NCBI GenBank assembly: GCA_965178125.1
Contig: OZ237754.1
Span: 124,001 to 188,000, forward strand
DNA: 64,000 bases
Reading direction: 5' to 3'
Origin: Bilabrum cf. latius
Lineage: Eukaryota
Shown one piece after another: positions 13,460-26,341 of this stretch. Within the stretch, counting starts at the first letter, position 1; each line of letters starts with the position of its first letter. Under the pieces are notes generated by a model. It did not search any database and was not told where the DNA came from. It worked only from the letters and a program-made list of their open reading frames with translations. The translations under genes were made by a program, and so were the position numbers.

Positions 13460-15205
13460 ATGGAACTCGGACAGGCGAGCCTGGAAGCACAGGAGCAACA
13501 TGCCAAGCTGCTGGACCGGGTGGCAGCCGAGCAGCGCGGCAAGTCTATGATTGTCCCTACAGACCCGGCCGAGGTGCAAATCATGCTTAGGGCGATTGGA
13601 GAACCAATTTGCTATTTTGGAGAGGGGCCAGGAGAGCGTAGATAGCGACTGCAGACGAAACTAGGCGCCGCAGCCGTAGCGAGGGACAGGGGGGAGACGA
13701 TCAGCGATGAGCTTGCGACTACTCTGGGTGCCGCTGCAACAGGGGATGGGGCTGCCATGGTATAGGCGCTAGAATCCGCATCGGGAGGCGGCAGGACGCT
13801 AGCAGAGGCCAAGAAGGCTGCCGAGGAGGCGGCAGCGCTCGCCGAGCGCCGAAAGCGAGAGCTCTTTTACGTGAAGGCGAGCGAGGCGCTGCAGCAGGCA
13901 AGGGTTGCCATCGCAGCAGATTCTTTGGCGCGAGCCAAAGCTCGGCTAGATTGCGAAGCGCAGACGACCCGCTGCTTGGAACGGCTGGCAGCCGCAGAAT
14001 CGGATGCTGCGCTCCCTCGGGACACGGCGTCCTAGCGCGCCATCGACTCGGTGGCACGAGCCGCCTGTGTGCTCGCCACCGTGCCGCGGCTGCGGCCAGT
14101 ACTCTCGGAGAACGCAGGGGACCGGCCGTTGCTTGGGCTGGACTGGTCCGGGTGCGGGCGAGCGCTCGTGGTGGGCGGTTTCGGGGCAGTTGCTCAGGTG
14201 TGGGACGCTCGCAAGCTCAGGAGGCGGGCCGTGCTGCGGGGCCACGACGACCGCGTGGTGGATTGCAGGTTTCACCCGCAGTTCGGCGGTCCCGGGTTCG
14301 ACCCCCGCCCTGGCTCTGGCCGTGTCTCCATCGCCACAGCCAGCGCAGACTGCACTGCCGCGCTGTGGGCCGCGGGCAGTGAGACGCCGCTGGCCAGGCT
14401 GCGGGGGCACGCCGGGCGACTGGCAGCCGTGCGCTGGCTGCCCCTCGGTGGCCACGTGCTGACCAGCTCGCACGACGAGACGGTTCGGCTGTGGGACGCG
14501 GGCACGGGGAGGTGCCTGCAGGTGCAGGAGGGGCACCACAGGCAGGTGCACGGCCTTGCGGTGCACCCCGACGGCGCGCTGTTCGCGTCGGGGGACTATG
14601 CGGGCGGGGCTCGGCTGTGGGACCTGAGGTCTGGGCAGTGCGTCTGGGTGGTGGGGGAGGTGAGAAGGAAGGTGCCAGTGGCGGGGGCTGTGACGAGTGC
14701 GACCGCGGGGGCGGGTGCGGGCGGGAATGGTGACGAGGACGGGGGGGTTGGTCCCACGGATGCCTCGCTGACCTCTGTACCTACGACTGGGGGAGGGGGG
14801 GGCCGTGGCAAGGCTGCGGTGCTGGAACGGATCCCAGCGCATGCGACCCAGGTGACCTGCCTCGATTTTCACAGGGACGGTTGGAGGCTGGCCTCGGGGG
14901 GCGCGGACGGCGCCGTGAAGGTGTGGGACATCCGCGCCTGCAAGAAGGTGATGGATCTGGCGGGGCACGGGTCCGTGGTGAGCAGCGTGCAGTTTGCGCC
15001 CAGGACGGGGGCGGTGCTGCTGTCCAGCAGCATGGACGGCACGGTGCGATTCTGGGGGAGTTCGGACGGAGCTCCGCTGGGGAGGGCAGTGGGGCATGAC
15101 GGCCGTGTGATGGGTGCGGCGTGGAGAGGAACGGACGACGCGAGGGTAGCTTCCATCGGGTACGATCGCACCCTCAAAGTGTGGGCGCACGACATGGACT
15201 TCTGA
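13460..15205 (+). CDS. PRP4: U4/U6 snRNP protein Prp4 (PRP4 motif plus WD40 repeats); in-frame TAG at 13643, 13763, 14033
   Basis: [56 protein letters not shown] and WD40 repeats, all in one frame; stop TGA. Confidence 0.9.
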
Positions 15206-15260
15206 ATCGAAAGGTGTGTGAAATACACAGTGTTTTATTTATTTATCTTGCTGAGAAAAA

Positions 15261-18200
15261 TCACAGCTCATCGGCACCACTGCGATCGTAGTACCCCGCC
15301 CCATCGTCCATCTGCTGCTTCTCGCGCACCTTGGCAGACAGCCTCTCGCGCATCGACTGGGCCTTCTGTCGGCGGGCCTTGCTCCTGGCGCGATCGGCGC
15401 TGCTGCCACTGCCCTGCCCCTGCGGCCCCAGACCCCTCTTTGCCCTCCTCTCCTCCCTCTCCCTCGCCCTCTCCTCCTCCTTGGCCTACTTTTGCAGCCT
15501 GCCCTGCACCGATTCTTCCAGCCGAGCACGGGCCCGGCCCCTCGTGATAGAGGCCTCCCGTTGCCGCTTTCCTTCGCTCGATGCGTCAACCTCCACCTCA
15601 GCCTCGAAGAGGTTCCGGCCAACCGCCAAACGATCCACCCGCCGCGCCCACCGGTAGTACTCCTAACCGTCAGTGCCGCCCGCGCCTCCCTCACTCGTCA
15701 CACCACCTGCCCCACCAGAGGCGGTGTAGCCCCCACCCCTGGCCACCCCATCCCCGGCCCCACCTCCGGCAGCGCGCCGCAGCACCCGGGCCCGCATGCC
15801 CTTCCGCCGCTGGGTCTGCTCCATCGACTCCCCGGTGTGTCCTCTAGTCGCGAGCCCAGCCCCGCCCATGGACCGCTCATCTGCCCCGAGGGCGCGCAGA
15901 AACTCGTCCGTCCCCCTCCCCGTGCCCTACCCCTACATTGCGCGGCGCCGCGCGGAGCGGAACGCGTCCTTCCGGATGTAGCCAGTGCTCGGGTCGTATT
16001 GGTTCAGCCACGGCTGCAGCTCCCGGGCCAGCGCAGTGCCCGCCCCGGCAGAGGAGCCGGTCCCCATCGCGTCCATCAAAACCTTGCGGTCCTGGGCGGA
16101 CCCCAAACTCCCTGCTTTCCACCCCTGTGAAGAAGATGATGACGAGGCCCCGCTGCCCCCACCGTGGATCGAGTGGCTCGCGCCCAGCTGCTTGGCTGCC
16201 TGCAGGCCGGCGCTCGACCTAATGCCCTGCGGGGGCAACCCCTTGGCGATCCGAAGCGCAGTGCAATACACCCGACGAATCGTCGCTTCGACGCCATCCC
16301 CAGCACCCGCAATGCCGTGCACCTGGGCAGCATGCCTGCGGGCAGCCGCCTGCACGGCCAGCCCGCGCATGCGTGGGGCGCCTGAGAAGCCCTCTGTCTG
16401 CACGGACGCAACCAGCCCCGCTGCCGCCGGCCCAGTGTCACAAAGACCCTGCAGCTTCTGGCACGCGCTCACATAGCCCCCCTTGCACCCCTAAAGCAGC
16501 TGGGGGGCGCTTCGCCTCGCTGCCTGCAGCGAGCCCGTCATGGCCATGGCGGGGCCTGCCCCGTCAAGCACAGCCCGCACCCTGTCGATCGTGGTGGGCA
16601 GCGCGGCCCCGGAGGGAACCTAAGCATTGCCGTGCGATGCACCCAGCGCGGCCTCTATGGCGGTTCTCTTCGCCTGCACCATGCTGGCCCCACCGCAGGA
16701 CCCCACGTCGCCCATGTGGCACCCCTGCAGGAGCGCCCGCTCCGCTCGGTCCAGGTCCCTGCGCATCGAGTCTCGTGCCACAGCAATGCGATGCAGCAGC
16801 ATGTCTGCCAGCCCCCCCGCGGGCTGGGTGCTGCCCGTCGTGCCATTTTCCTCCTCCTTCTCTCCCCAGCCACCAGCACCGCCCTCGCCTTCTTCGCCTT
16901 TGTCCACCTGGATCTCCATGGCCATGTCGATGGCACCTCTCGCGGCGCGGGCCTGCCTCGCACCCGCCCTCTCCGACCAGTAGACCCCTGCGGTCTGGCA
17001 GGCACGCACCCGCTCTTCTCGACTCACAGACACCATCGACACCTGGGGCAGCTGCAGACCAGCACGGTTCGCCGCGCGCTTGTTCCTCTGCTGGTGCTGC
17101 TGTGTCTGCTTGTCGCGATGCTGACTACCACCCGGCAGACGCACCTTGACCGCGTCCTGGCCACGCCTGCCGCCCCCTGATCCGCCGGTAGCCCCATGCA
17201 CACGCACCTGCATGCCGCCCCCACCTGCAGCAGCAGCCTTGCCACCCTTACCGCTGGCCACCTTCCCGCGCAGGCACGCGCCCTCTGCCCTCTGAATGAC
17301 CTCCCGCTGTGCCTCCATCCTGGCCTTGTACTGAGCCTTCTCCTTGGCTGTGTACGCCGCCACCGGGTCCAGCGCCTGCCCCTGCCCCTGCCCATTGTTC
17401 TCCGCCCCCCTCCCCCGCGGGCCGGACCGCCACTCACCACCGTCACCGTCCTCACTGAGGCCCGGATCCCGAGTGCCGCCCGCCCACTCCGCCTGCCGCA
17501 GCCTGTGCTGGGCATCCCCGTCCCCTCCGCCCTGCCCCTTGTTCCTCAGGGCCTTTCGCGCCCGCATGCGGATCTGCATCTCTCTCTCGCTCATCGGAGG
17601 GGGCGCCGCGCCGAAAGCTGCGGAACCTAGCCCCGTGGCACGCCTCGCCGCCGCCGCCCGCTGCACCTCTCTCCGCACCACGCTCTCCTCGTCCGCTGGT
17701 TGCGCCGCCACCATCCCCACCAGCTCCTCGAGGGCGAGGTCACCTCCTGACCTGGGCCTGTCCCTTCGTCCCCTGCTGGTGGCCCGGTCCTTGTCTCCGC
17801 TCCTGACTGCATGAGCCAGCCGCGCGAGCGCGTGCTCCACCCGTGGATCCGTGGGATCGAGCGTATCCAAGCCCAGCTCGGCGGCGTGCTGGGCAGAAAC
17901 ACCGGCCTGCCCCAGCATGGTCTCCAGGTCTAGGGAGCCGTCGAGGAAGAAAGATCCTGCATCTGCTGCGCCGCGAGGCCCCCCGTACTCGATCTTCCCG
18001 GCTCCAGCGTCGGTAATACTATTAGCGATCCGTTGCTCGCTCCTCTTCTTCTTCTTGCCGGCCTTCCTGTCCATCTTCTCCTGCAGCCGGCGGAAGACCT
18101 CCTCCTGGGGGGGCATGGGGCCTGTGACACGGGGCCGCGGAGGGGGGGGGAGAGGGGGGGGGTTAACAATCGATGGGGGTGTCATGTGTGACGAATGCGC

Positions 18201-18875
18201 GACGGCCTCTTCGTCCCACAGACCCCCCTTGCCCGCCGATCCGTTTGCTACCGATTGCAAAGAGACGCGGGCGTCTGCATCCGCTGCCACACGGACGTCT
18301 CCGCCTGATGGGAACGATGAAAAGGCGGAGGAGGAGTCGCTCAGAGCCTGGCGGGCAGATTCCGTGGCTCTTCGCCTCTCCATCAAGCGCCTCCTTCTTT
18401 CTTCCGACTTCTGCTCTCTGGCCCTTGGGGCGCTCGCCTCATCGCCATCGGCAACAAGGGCTCCTGCGCCATAGGCTGCCTCGTCGTCTGGCATACCTGC
18501 GCGAAATAGGCTTCGTTGAAGCGTACCCTCGTCGTCTGCAGTGTCTACCTCGTCCTCGTCTTCCATTGGCCTCCACTTTGGTCGTGGCTGCGGGCGCAAG
18601 TTAACGCTCCCGTCCCTGACATCGATCGCGGCAATCGGGTGATTCCCGTGGCTATCTTCGTACTCCTCTAGGACATCAACGATTTCGTCCATGCTGGCCC
18701 GAATACGATCCTCTAGCGGTGCCTGTGGACGTTCCACCGCGGTTGGTTTTGTCCGAATCAGGCTTCCTCCTCTACCGGCACGATGTGGCGAGAGAATACG
18801 CTTTCCGGTTGCTGCCAACGGTATACAGGCGAGTACTGCGCATGCAATCAAATGTAATGTTGCGTGTCTGGGCAT
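15261..18875 (-). CDS. Probable ER-lumenal protein (~1200 aa): N-terminal signal peptide, C-terminal ADEL; in-frame TAG at 16620, 16491, 15933, 15927, 15663, 15486
   Basis: Starts MPRHATLHLIACAVLACIPLAATG; read-through frame ends ...YYDRSGADEL-TGA. Confidence 0.8.
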
Positions 18876-19497
18876 CTTTGGTCGAGAGGTTCGAAAGCCA
18901 CCCCGGTCTCTCTACTGAAACCGAATAGGCGCTTCAACGCCGATCTTGAGGCTAAAGCAAGCTAGCACCCGCAGCAAATGATTATTACGCGCAATTTAAA
19001 TTGAGCTATTGCCTGCCGCTCCTCGATGCGCGATCACTTCTCTTGAGAATCGGCTCTGTAGCCCCAACGCCTCTCTGCCAATCCGGAGCCGCAGTGTGGG
19101 TCGCAATTGGTCGCACGTTCCGTTGCTCAAGTCTGAGTCCTAGACAGTGTAACTCTGGCCAGCTCACCCCCGTCCGCTCTTCACACTGGCACGACCGGCC
19201 TTAAACATGCCAGCAGAACTCATTCGTGCAACAGATCACAGTCGAAGGGCACGAATCTCAACAGCACAGTGGGTCGGCAAGCACGATGCACCAACAGCTA
19301 CGAGCCGCAACCGGGCCAGCACTGTCCACCGAGAACTGTTTGCCATGCCTCCTCCTTTCTTCTCGCAACGGGGGATGCCTGAAGTGGTACGTCCCGAGCC
19401 TGGATCGTGGGGGGATCTGATATTTTGTGGACTCAACTCAAAAGCGCACGCTATCACGAAGAAACATCTGGAACGAGGGTGCAGGATCTACCAGACT

Positions 19498-20208
19498 TCA
19501 CGCTTCAGCTGCAATGGCCTAAACCACCTAAGCTCCACCCTGGGGACCCATTTCCCCCTGGGGAGCGTCAGCATTCACGTTCCCTCCGGCGCCCGCTGCC
19601 GGCACCCCGTCCTGCTGCCCGTTCTGAGCCAACCCTGCCTTGACGTTGGCGATCGCCACGGCGAGGTTGTTGTTTTCGGCTGCCCCTACAGCCAGGCTGG
19701 CAAAGTCCTCCCGGACCGCCCTTGCGAGCGCCCGTTTGGCCTTCGCTGCAGCCCTCCTCGATCCCTTCGAGACAAAATCGAGGATCCTTGAGTGGTCCTG
19801 CATGACCCGTGAGTACATAGTGTGGTACACACGCTGTTCCCCGCGCACGTGCTGGTGCTAGGCGGCAACGGAGAGGCGAGCCTTTGCCACGGAAGACCAC
19901 GAGAGGCGCGCGTTGGCCGGACGAGTCGAAACCCGCCGCCCTTTGTCCTCCTACCTCTTCTTCCGCAGCTTATCGAGCACCTACAGGAACTCGACCGACT
20001 TCTCCCCGATCCCCCTCAACACGTCCACCACAAAGGGTACGACCCGCACGCCACTGCGTACCGCCCCTTTCTGCGTCCTCACGGTCCCAGGACACCACTT
20101 GTCTTCTCCTCCGATCCGGACGCCGAGCGCTCCGAGGTCGACGGGCCTGCCGTAGCTGGCCAGCTTCGTGGCATGCGCGGCCCGCAAAGTAGACAGTTCC
20201 GGGGATAA
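19498..20208 (-). mobile_element. 5'-truncated non-LTR retrotransposon fragment (C-terminal restriction-like endonuclease region, CRE/R2-type)
   Basis: Read-through translation AAHATKLASY...VVPFVVDVLRGIGEKSVEFL*VL...KARLSVAA*H resembles the RLE consensus K..KY...PF.VE..G..G..A..FL...RLSVALQ; five TAGs, ends TGA; no RT domain upstream. Confidence 0.6.
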
Positions 20209-20265
20209 GTTTTGTTGTGTGTGATTATCTCAATAAGTTATTTTCGGACGGTTATTTACGGACGG
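20204..20265. repeat. Dispersed 48-bp AT-rich motif, copy 1 (with its last ~14 bp duplicated in tandem)
   Basis: gataagttttgttgtgtgtgattatctcaataagttattttcggacgg; 45/48 identical to 30296-30343. Confidence 0.9.
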
Positions 20266-20913
20266 TTCCGGCGTAGTGCCTCAAAAGGTTCGCAGCATCT
20301 GCACTGTGCGCAAGGACGAGATGCTGGTGCTAGTGTACATATGTTTATGTTTATTATCAATTGTGTCGACAATAATCGGAGAATCTTTCTTTTGGAAGCT
20401 TCTCACTGCGTTGGCGACCATGTTTGGTAAGTTGCCGCACAGTTTTTGTGCAAGAACGCGTCGCTACCAGCTGCCTAAACGAGGAAACGAGTGTGATACA
20501 TTCTCTTCTACCCCATACAGGTATCCATATGAAAGAGGCCGCGCAAAAGCTACTGTTCATCCCTTTGCATTGGTTCTGGAACATGTTGAGGCAAGTGGGG
20601 ACGGAATGCTGCTCGGGCGGCTAAAACACCTCGCCGTGTCCGCGAGCAGCTTGGAATGCATGGACTCGAGGAGTGTATCCGATCTCATAGCTGTGGCGCA
20701 AGTGGATATCGACAGCATGCCCCTGGAGAACGGCGACCTGAATGGCGCCGGGTTGAAAGTCTCATACACTGGCAAACTCGGGGGAGAGGAAAGTGGTATC
20801 CGGGGCACAGCAAGACAAAATGATACCTAGAACCCTGTTCCATCCGTCCAGCTCGCGCTGCACGGTCGTCTGGACCAGGAAAGAACCGAGCAGCAGGAGC
20901 TCGCCCGGCTGCG

Positions 20914-21603
20914 TGGTCGGGGGGGTTCAAGGAGCCCGGGATCATCCGGTGGCCGGGTTTGGCCACCCCTGGATCCGCGAGCGAGGCCATCGTGTCCACG
21001 TTGGACATACACGTGACGCTCATGAAGCAGGCGGGCCTCCCCCTGCGGCCCGGCATGGTGTACGACGGCATCGACCTGGCGCCCGTGGTGGCCGGCACCG
21101 ACACTGTGGGTCACGAGAGCTTCTTCTTCTACCATGCGGCGCAGGCCAGCAACGCATCGGGCGAGCTGTACGCGGTGCAGTCCGGCGTGCACAAAGCGTA
21201 CTGGTTCACGTACGGAGAGGATCCCCCGCGTCCCCACAAGGGGGGCAGGCAGGACCCCCCGCTGCTGTTCAACCTGGACGTGGACGGGGGCGAGGACAGC
21301 CCGATCGATGCCTCGAGCCAGGAGTACCAGGAAGCCATGGACAGGATCTACAGGGCGAGGGAGGAGCACCTCGCCAGCATTGATCCCAATGTGGTGGACC
21401 AGAACGGGAGGGGGAGCGCCTCGTGGGCCGCCGTGTGCGCGGACCCGGACTCCAAGTCCAAGTACCCGCAGCACCCGAACTGCACGATCTCGCCGGAGAA
21501 CTGGAAGCCGGAGGATATTTGCGCATCTAAGTCGTGCCTGGCGGCGAACCCGACGTTCAAGGGGTATTGCGAGCACCCGGATGAAGCGAGCATGCTTGCT
21601 TGA
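20914..21603 (+). pseudogene. Arylsulfatase C-terminal fragment; catalytic N-terminus missing
   Basis: WSGGFKEPGIIRWPG, VSTLDI, DGIDL, PPLLFNLDVDGGE; in-frame TGA at 20821 upstream, and no CxPxR region recognised. Confidence 0.7.
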
Positions 21604-21739
21604 TCATTCAGCAGCATCTTGAGTGGATCGTTGGCGAGTTGAGTAGCGTGCTGAATATGATTTTGTCGTTGGTGGGATGTGCAACTGCGCGAACACGGCA
21701 CTGAATCCATTCTAAATTCACAAAGCATGAAGTGATTCT

Positions 21740-24700
21740 ATGTCAGGAAAGCGATCGAAATAGTGGGTAGCGGGGCGTTCACGCAACGCAGCGGATAGGA
21801 GTCGGAGATTCCCCGACTTGTTTCCAAGGGTGTCTGCTCGTTAGTGGGTTCTTGTGGACGCCCATGACGGCAGTTAGATAGCAGGCTCTCGGTAGAGTAT
21901 TCCCGGGTGTGTTGCATCAATGACGAAGATCGCGGTTGCTCTAGCTGCCGTCAATCTTGCTCACGCACTGCCGGGCCTTCTGACAGACATCGTTTCAGTT
22001 TCTCACGAGGCTGCCCGCACGGTGGGAACCACTGCCCACCTCCGCACCGGGGATCGTCTACCACTTCGAGACCTCCTCGCTGGCCTGCTGCTTCCTTCCG
22101 GAAACGATGCGGGGCGGGCGATAGCAGAGCACTGCGGGGCTCGAGCGCTGGCGGCCGGGACCATCCCCCCAGCCCCTCCGCACACCAGCAAGCACGCCAA
22201 GTCCAAGGCCAAGGCCGTGCATAGCGTCTCTCGAGCTGAGCACAAAGAAGGCCGCCGCGCGCTCGTCCGCATGCTTCAGTCATCCGGTGTGCGGTCCAGC
22301 CGCAGGAGCCCTCGAGGATAGAGACGGCGCAGGCGTGGCGGGGCAAAGACAAAGTCCAAGGCAGGGGCAGGGGCAGGCTGTGTCAGGGGAAGGGGCAAAG
22401 GCACGCGTAGAGCCAGGGCCAGCCCCCGTAAGATCCAAGCACCGGCCCACTGCCACAGCCCGCCCTCCCCGCTGCGACTGCACGGCCCTGCCTCGTCCAC
22501 CAATGGCAAGGAGATGGGCACCACTGCCCGACAGCTGCAGTTCGAAGCAGCAGCACCTGGAGCCTCGCCGGATACTGGACCGCCCGGCGAGGACTCTACA
22601 GAGATCAGCGGGGGCTCCCCTCTCGTACGAGTGCCCAAAGAGCCCGTGGCTCCGGAACATGCTGGCGATCGGCAATGTGATCCGCGACACCGGCAACGAG
22701 AAAGTAGAGTAGTGGGCCGGGGCGGTGTTCCGCTGGACTCGCATGTAGCAGACGCAGCCGCGCATCACGCGATGACGAGCGCGCTGTTGTGTTCCCCGCC
22801 CCGCCCGCTGCGTGCCACCGCTGAGGCTGACGGGTCCTTGGCTATGACGTTCGGGCGGGGCGTGCCGGTGACTGCTGTACAGGAGAACGGCGAGAGCGAG
22901 AGCGAGGACGAGGACGGAATGTCTGCAAATGTTGCTGCTGCTGGTGCTGCTGGTGCTGCCACCAGAACCCAACCGAAACCGAGCAGCGCATCCTCGGGGC
23001 AAGAGCCGCAGCACGGTCAGCCGATAGAAGAACCGGCAACCGCTCCACCGACGGCATGGGCAAGGCTGGGCGCCTACACCGCAGATCGAATGCCGGCACG
23101 GCAGCATGTAGCAGCCGAGAAAAGGCGAGAAGATGGCTCCTCTGCCCGGCCCCCCTCCACCCCACCACGGCGCGAGCCCTCGGGGTTTGGCTTCGGCACG
23201 CCGCCGTCGGCCAAGCAGCTGTCTCCAGTGCCCAGCCAGGCCCCCCTGTGGCAGCAGCTCCTGGCCACCCCTGCGCTCCGGCGGGAATGCAGCCGAGCAT
23301 TCGTCGCCTACATGAACCGAGTGGCCAAGGCATGCGGGTGCACTGGGACCCAGTTCGTGAACCCGCATGGGTTGGACTCCCGACCTGCCACCAAGCACCA
23401 GAGCACGCCTGCGGACATCGCTAGGCTGTGCATGCGAGCCATGCAGTCGGAAGTCATCGCAGGCATCGTGAAGCGCAGGATGCACGGGTGCTGGGTGCAG
23501 CGGAGGGTCCGCGAGGCGAAGCTGGGCGCGCTGGTGCGCGACTGCTCCTGGACTGAGAAGACGAGGAGGCGCTTCGGTGGCGAGGACGAGGCTGCCAGCA
23601 GGGTGCTCGCCGGGGCGGACGGCAGCGCAGGTATCAGCAGCGGCGAGCGGGCTCAACCCAGTGCCGTGCCGCCTAGGTCTCCAGGCGCTATGAGCGGAGG
23701 AGCCCCCACCCCGCTGCCGCCGCGGCGAGTTGCCATGCAGCCGGATCGCAGGGTGTGGTGGCGGCTTCGCTGGCGCAACACCAACAAGCTTCTGGTGGAG
23801 AACCGAGAGGCATCCCCGGCGCACCACGTGCTGGGCTGCAAGACGGGTGTCACGCACGCGGCGGGGCCCTGCCTGTGCTCGGTCTTCGAGCGGGGCGGGC
23901 GCCGTGTGGTCTGCGTGGTGATGCGGTGCGGCAACAAGGACCGGCGGTTCGCGGACTCGAGCGCACTCGTGCGCTGGGCGTGGCACAAGCTGGGAGTGGA
24001 TGGACCGGAGCACAGCCCAGCGGGTCCGCTGGAGGGGCACGGGCCGCTCGCACCACTGTGGGACGAGGACGGCGGCTGGCCCTCGGTTCGAGAAGCGGAG
24101 CCTGCAGCAGCTGCGAGCACAACGCGACAGGGGCAGGCGCAGGGCCAAGGGCATGCAGGTGACTTGTGTGCAGTCGAGGCAGCAGTTGTGCGAGAGCATC
24201 AGGAGCAGGAGCAGGAGCAGGAGGGTGTCCCCGTAGTGTCTGACCCGGCAGTCTCTCAAAATGGTGGTCCCAATGGGTCAGCTAGAGACGCAGTAGATCT
24301 AAAGGAGGAAGAAGGCAGCGATGCCGGTGGGTTTTCATCCGATGGGGAAGGGGCGGAGGACGACGAGGACGACGACAGCGACAGCGACGGTGTTGCTATC
24401 GAAGCCGATGAGGAGGAAAGCCACACGGGCAGCGATTCCGAAATCGTCACTGAGGATGCCGATGCTAGAGGCCGCGCCTGCCTGTCAGGCGATGGGTGGG
24501 CTAGCAATAGCGAGGGCGAAGGCGATTCAGACGAGCCAGACCCGGATTCACCTAGGTGCAGCGTGCCATCATCTAGATCGTCATCGCCTCTCCGCGGCCA
24601 CTTGAAACCGCGGTCGTCTCCTCTTGTCTCGCCGAGACCAGCACCTAAGCAGCAGGCGCCAAATCCAAAACATGCTGCCTAGCAGCTGCGAGCCGGGGGC

Positions 24701-25906
24701 TAGCAGGCCGGCAGTTTTGAGCTGCCGCGAATAGATGGTGCCCTTGTGGATAATGGAGCCACATCCTCGACATCCGGAGTGGGTAACTCTGGTCACAGTG
24801 GCCCCGCGGCACCGTCCTCCCCGCGGCGCGTGGGGTCGCGGCGGGGGTTGCAGCTGCGACGATCCATCGGCAGTGCAGCTTCAGGGGCCAGCGCCGATGC
24901 CGATGCTGGCGGAATTCCGGCGGCAGACGCGCGAAGGTCAAGACCGACCGAGCAGCCGCGGAGGGACTTGCCCTCGCAGACCCGCCCACATGTTTCCATG
25001 CAAGCTCGAGCACTGGAAGGGCCCGCGACAGCAAGGGACTCACGACCGGTGCTGGTGCACGTGAGCAGGCTGCCTCTCGCAGAGCTGAGGACGGGGGACC
25101 AGCATGACCCGCTGAAGCGATCGGTGAGCTTTCACGGCCCACCCAGAGCGCAAGACGGGTATGCTGGCTCGGAGGCACCGGCGGCGTTGCGTGCAGGTTC
25201 TGCACGTGCTTCCAGGAGCGGTCGCCATATTGCATCACAGTGGGCTAGTGGGCATCGCGTGACGAATGCAAGGGGGCGACCTGGTGTGGGCTTGCCCAGC
25301 AGCATGGTGTCCGCTCGAGCTTCAGCACTAGGTGCGGGTCGATCCAGATTGCTAGCTCCCGCCGCAGATGCGGGCGTGGGTGCGGGTGTGAGGCGGGGGG
25401 GCAGCAGCAGCAGCAGCCTGCAGTCGGAGTCAGGGGGTGTGCCTTGGTCCTGGGCTGCTCCTCGAGACATGCAGGCAGTGGGCATGGGGGTATCTCGGGC
25501 TTTCGGAGCACCGGGGCAGGGGCGGGGTACTGACGGCGGGCACAGTCCGGCGAGTGCCAGAGCCGGTGGTGGTGGTGCCGCTGGTCAGGGCACCATTGCA
25601 AACGCGAGTGGGCTAGGTGGTGCGCAGTGGGCAGGCGTGCGGGCGGGATGGGGGCGCGGGATAGCAGTGTAGCAGCAGCAGCAACAGCGCTCTGGGCCGC
25701 AGCCCCGACTCGGTGTCCTCGGCGTGGTGCGCGTGCAGAGGCAGGGTGTGAGCCGCCTCCAGCGGACCAGGAGGCTCGTGGCCTTCAGCCGCAGCAGGAC
25801 ACGGATTGCTGCCGCAGCCTCGAGAACAGATGATGTGCAGTCGGCTGCGGCTAGCGCACGAAGTTTGGGGCCGCCTGGCTTGGTAGCTCGGAGGATGCAC
25901 AGCTGA
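21740..25906 (+). CDS. D-Ala-D-Ala carboxypeptidase (peptidase S11) family protein with large low-complexity insertions; in-frame TAG at 21761, 21842, 21875, 21893, 22319, 24680, 24701, 25670
   Basis: VSAR*WVLVD, ASMTKI (SxxK), LPSGNDA (SxN), MNRVA, FVNPHGLD, NTNKLL, GCKTGVT..AGPCL in one frame; stop TGA. Confidence 0.88.
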
Positions 25907-26341
25907 CAGCGGGTTCGGTGTGGGCTTGCTTGCGACCATCTCGATCCCGCCCCGATTGGAATCAGGCCACACGCGCAGTGAGTGCCTGTTTCGGCAAGTC
26001 GAATCAAGGTACAGCGTACAATTTGCTTGTTTTGTCGTTGCGTGACAATACGATTAGCTGTTGTTGCTCAGCAGGGGTGCATTAGCACCTGCTCAGCCGG
26101 GGTGCGTTAGACTGGTCGGGTACCATCTGCGCTTCAATCGAGACATAGACGGCCGTGTCGTTCACTTCGTTAGCTACATAGGAGATTCATCAAATCGATG
26201 GCCACCCGGATCACGCGACGAGTGCTTCCTACCTGTGAAGCAGAACTGGCACCTGCGAGGCCCGTGCAAACGGCAAGTCCGACGACGAGCAAGACGCCCG
26301 CCCCGAAAGGTGTGCGCCAGTCACGATATTCTCAAAATCAA

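Noticed and set aside
18980-19490. N-terminal half of the sulfatase, separated by the retroelement
   Set aside because: No sulfatase motif (DD.G, CxPxR, GKWH) recognised in the frames examined
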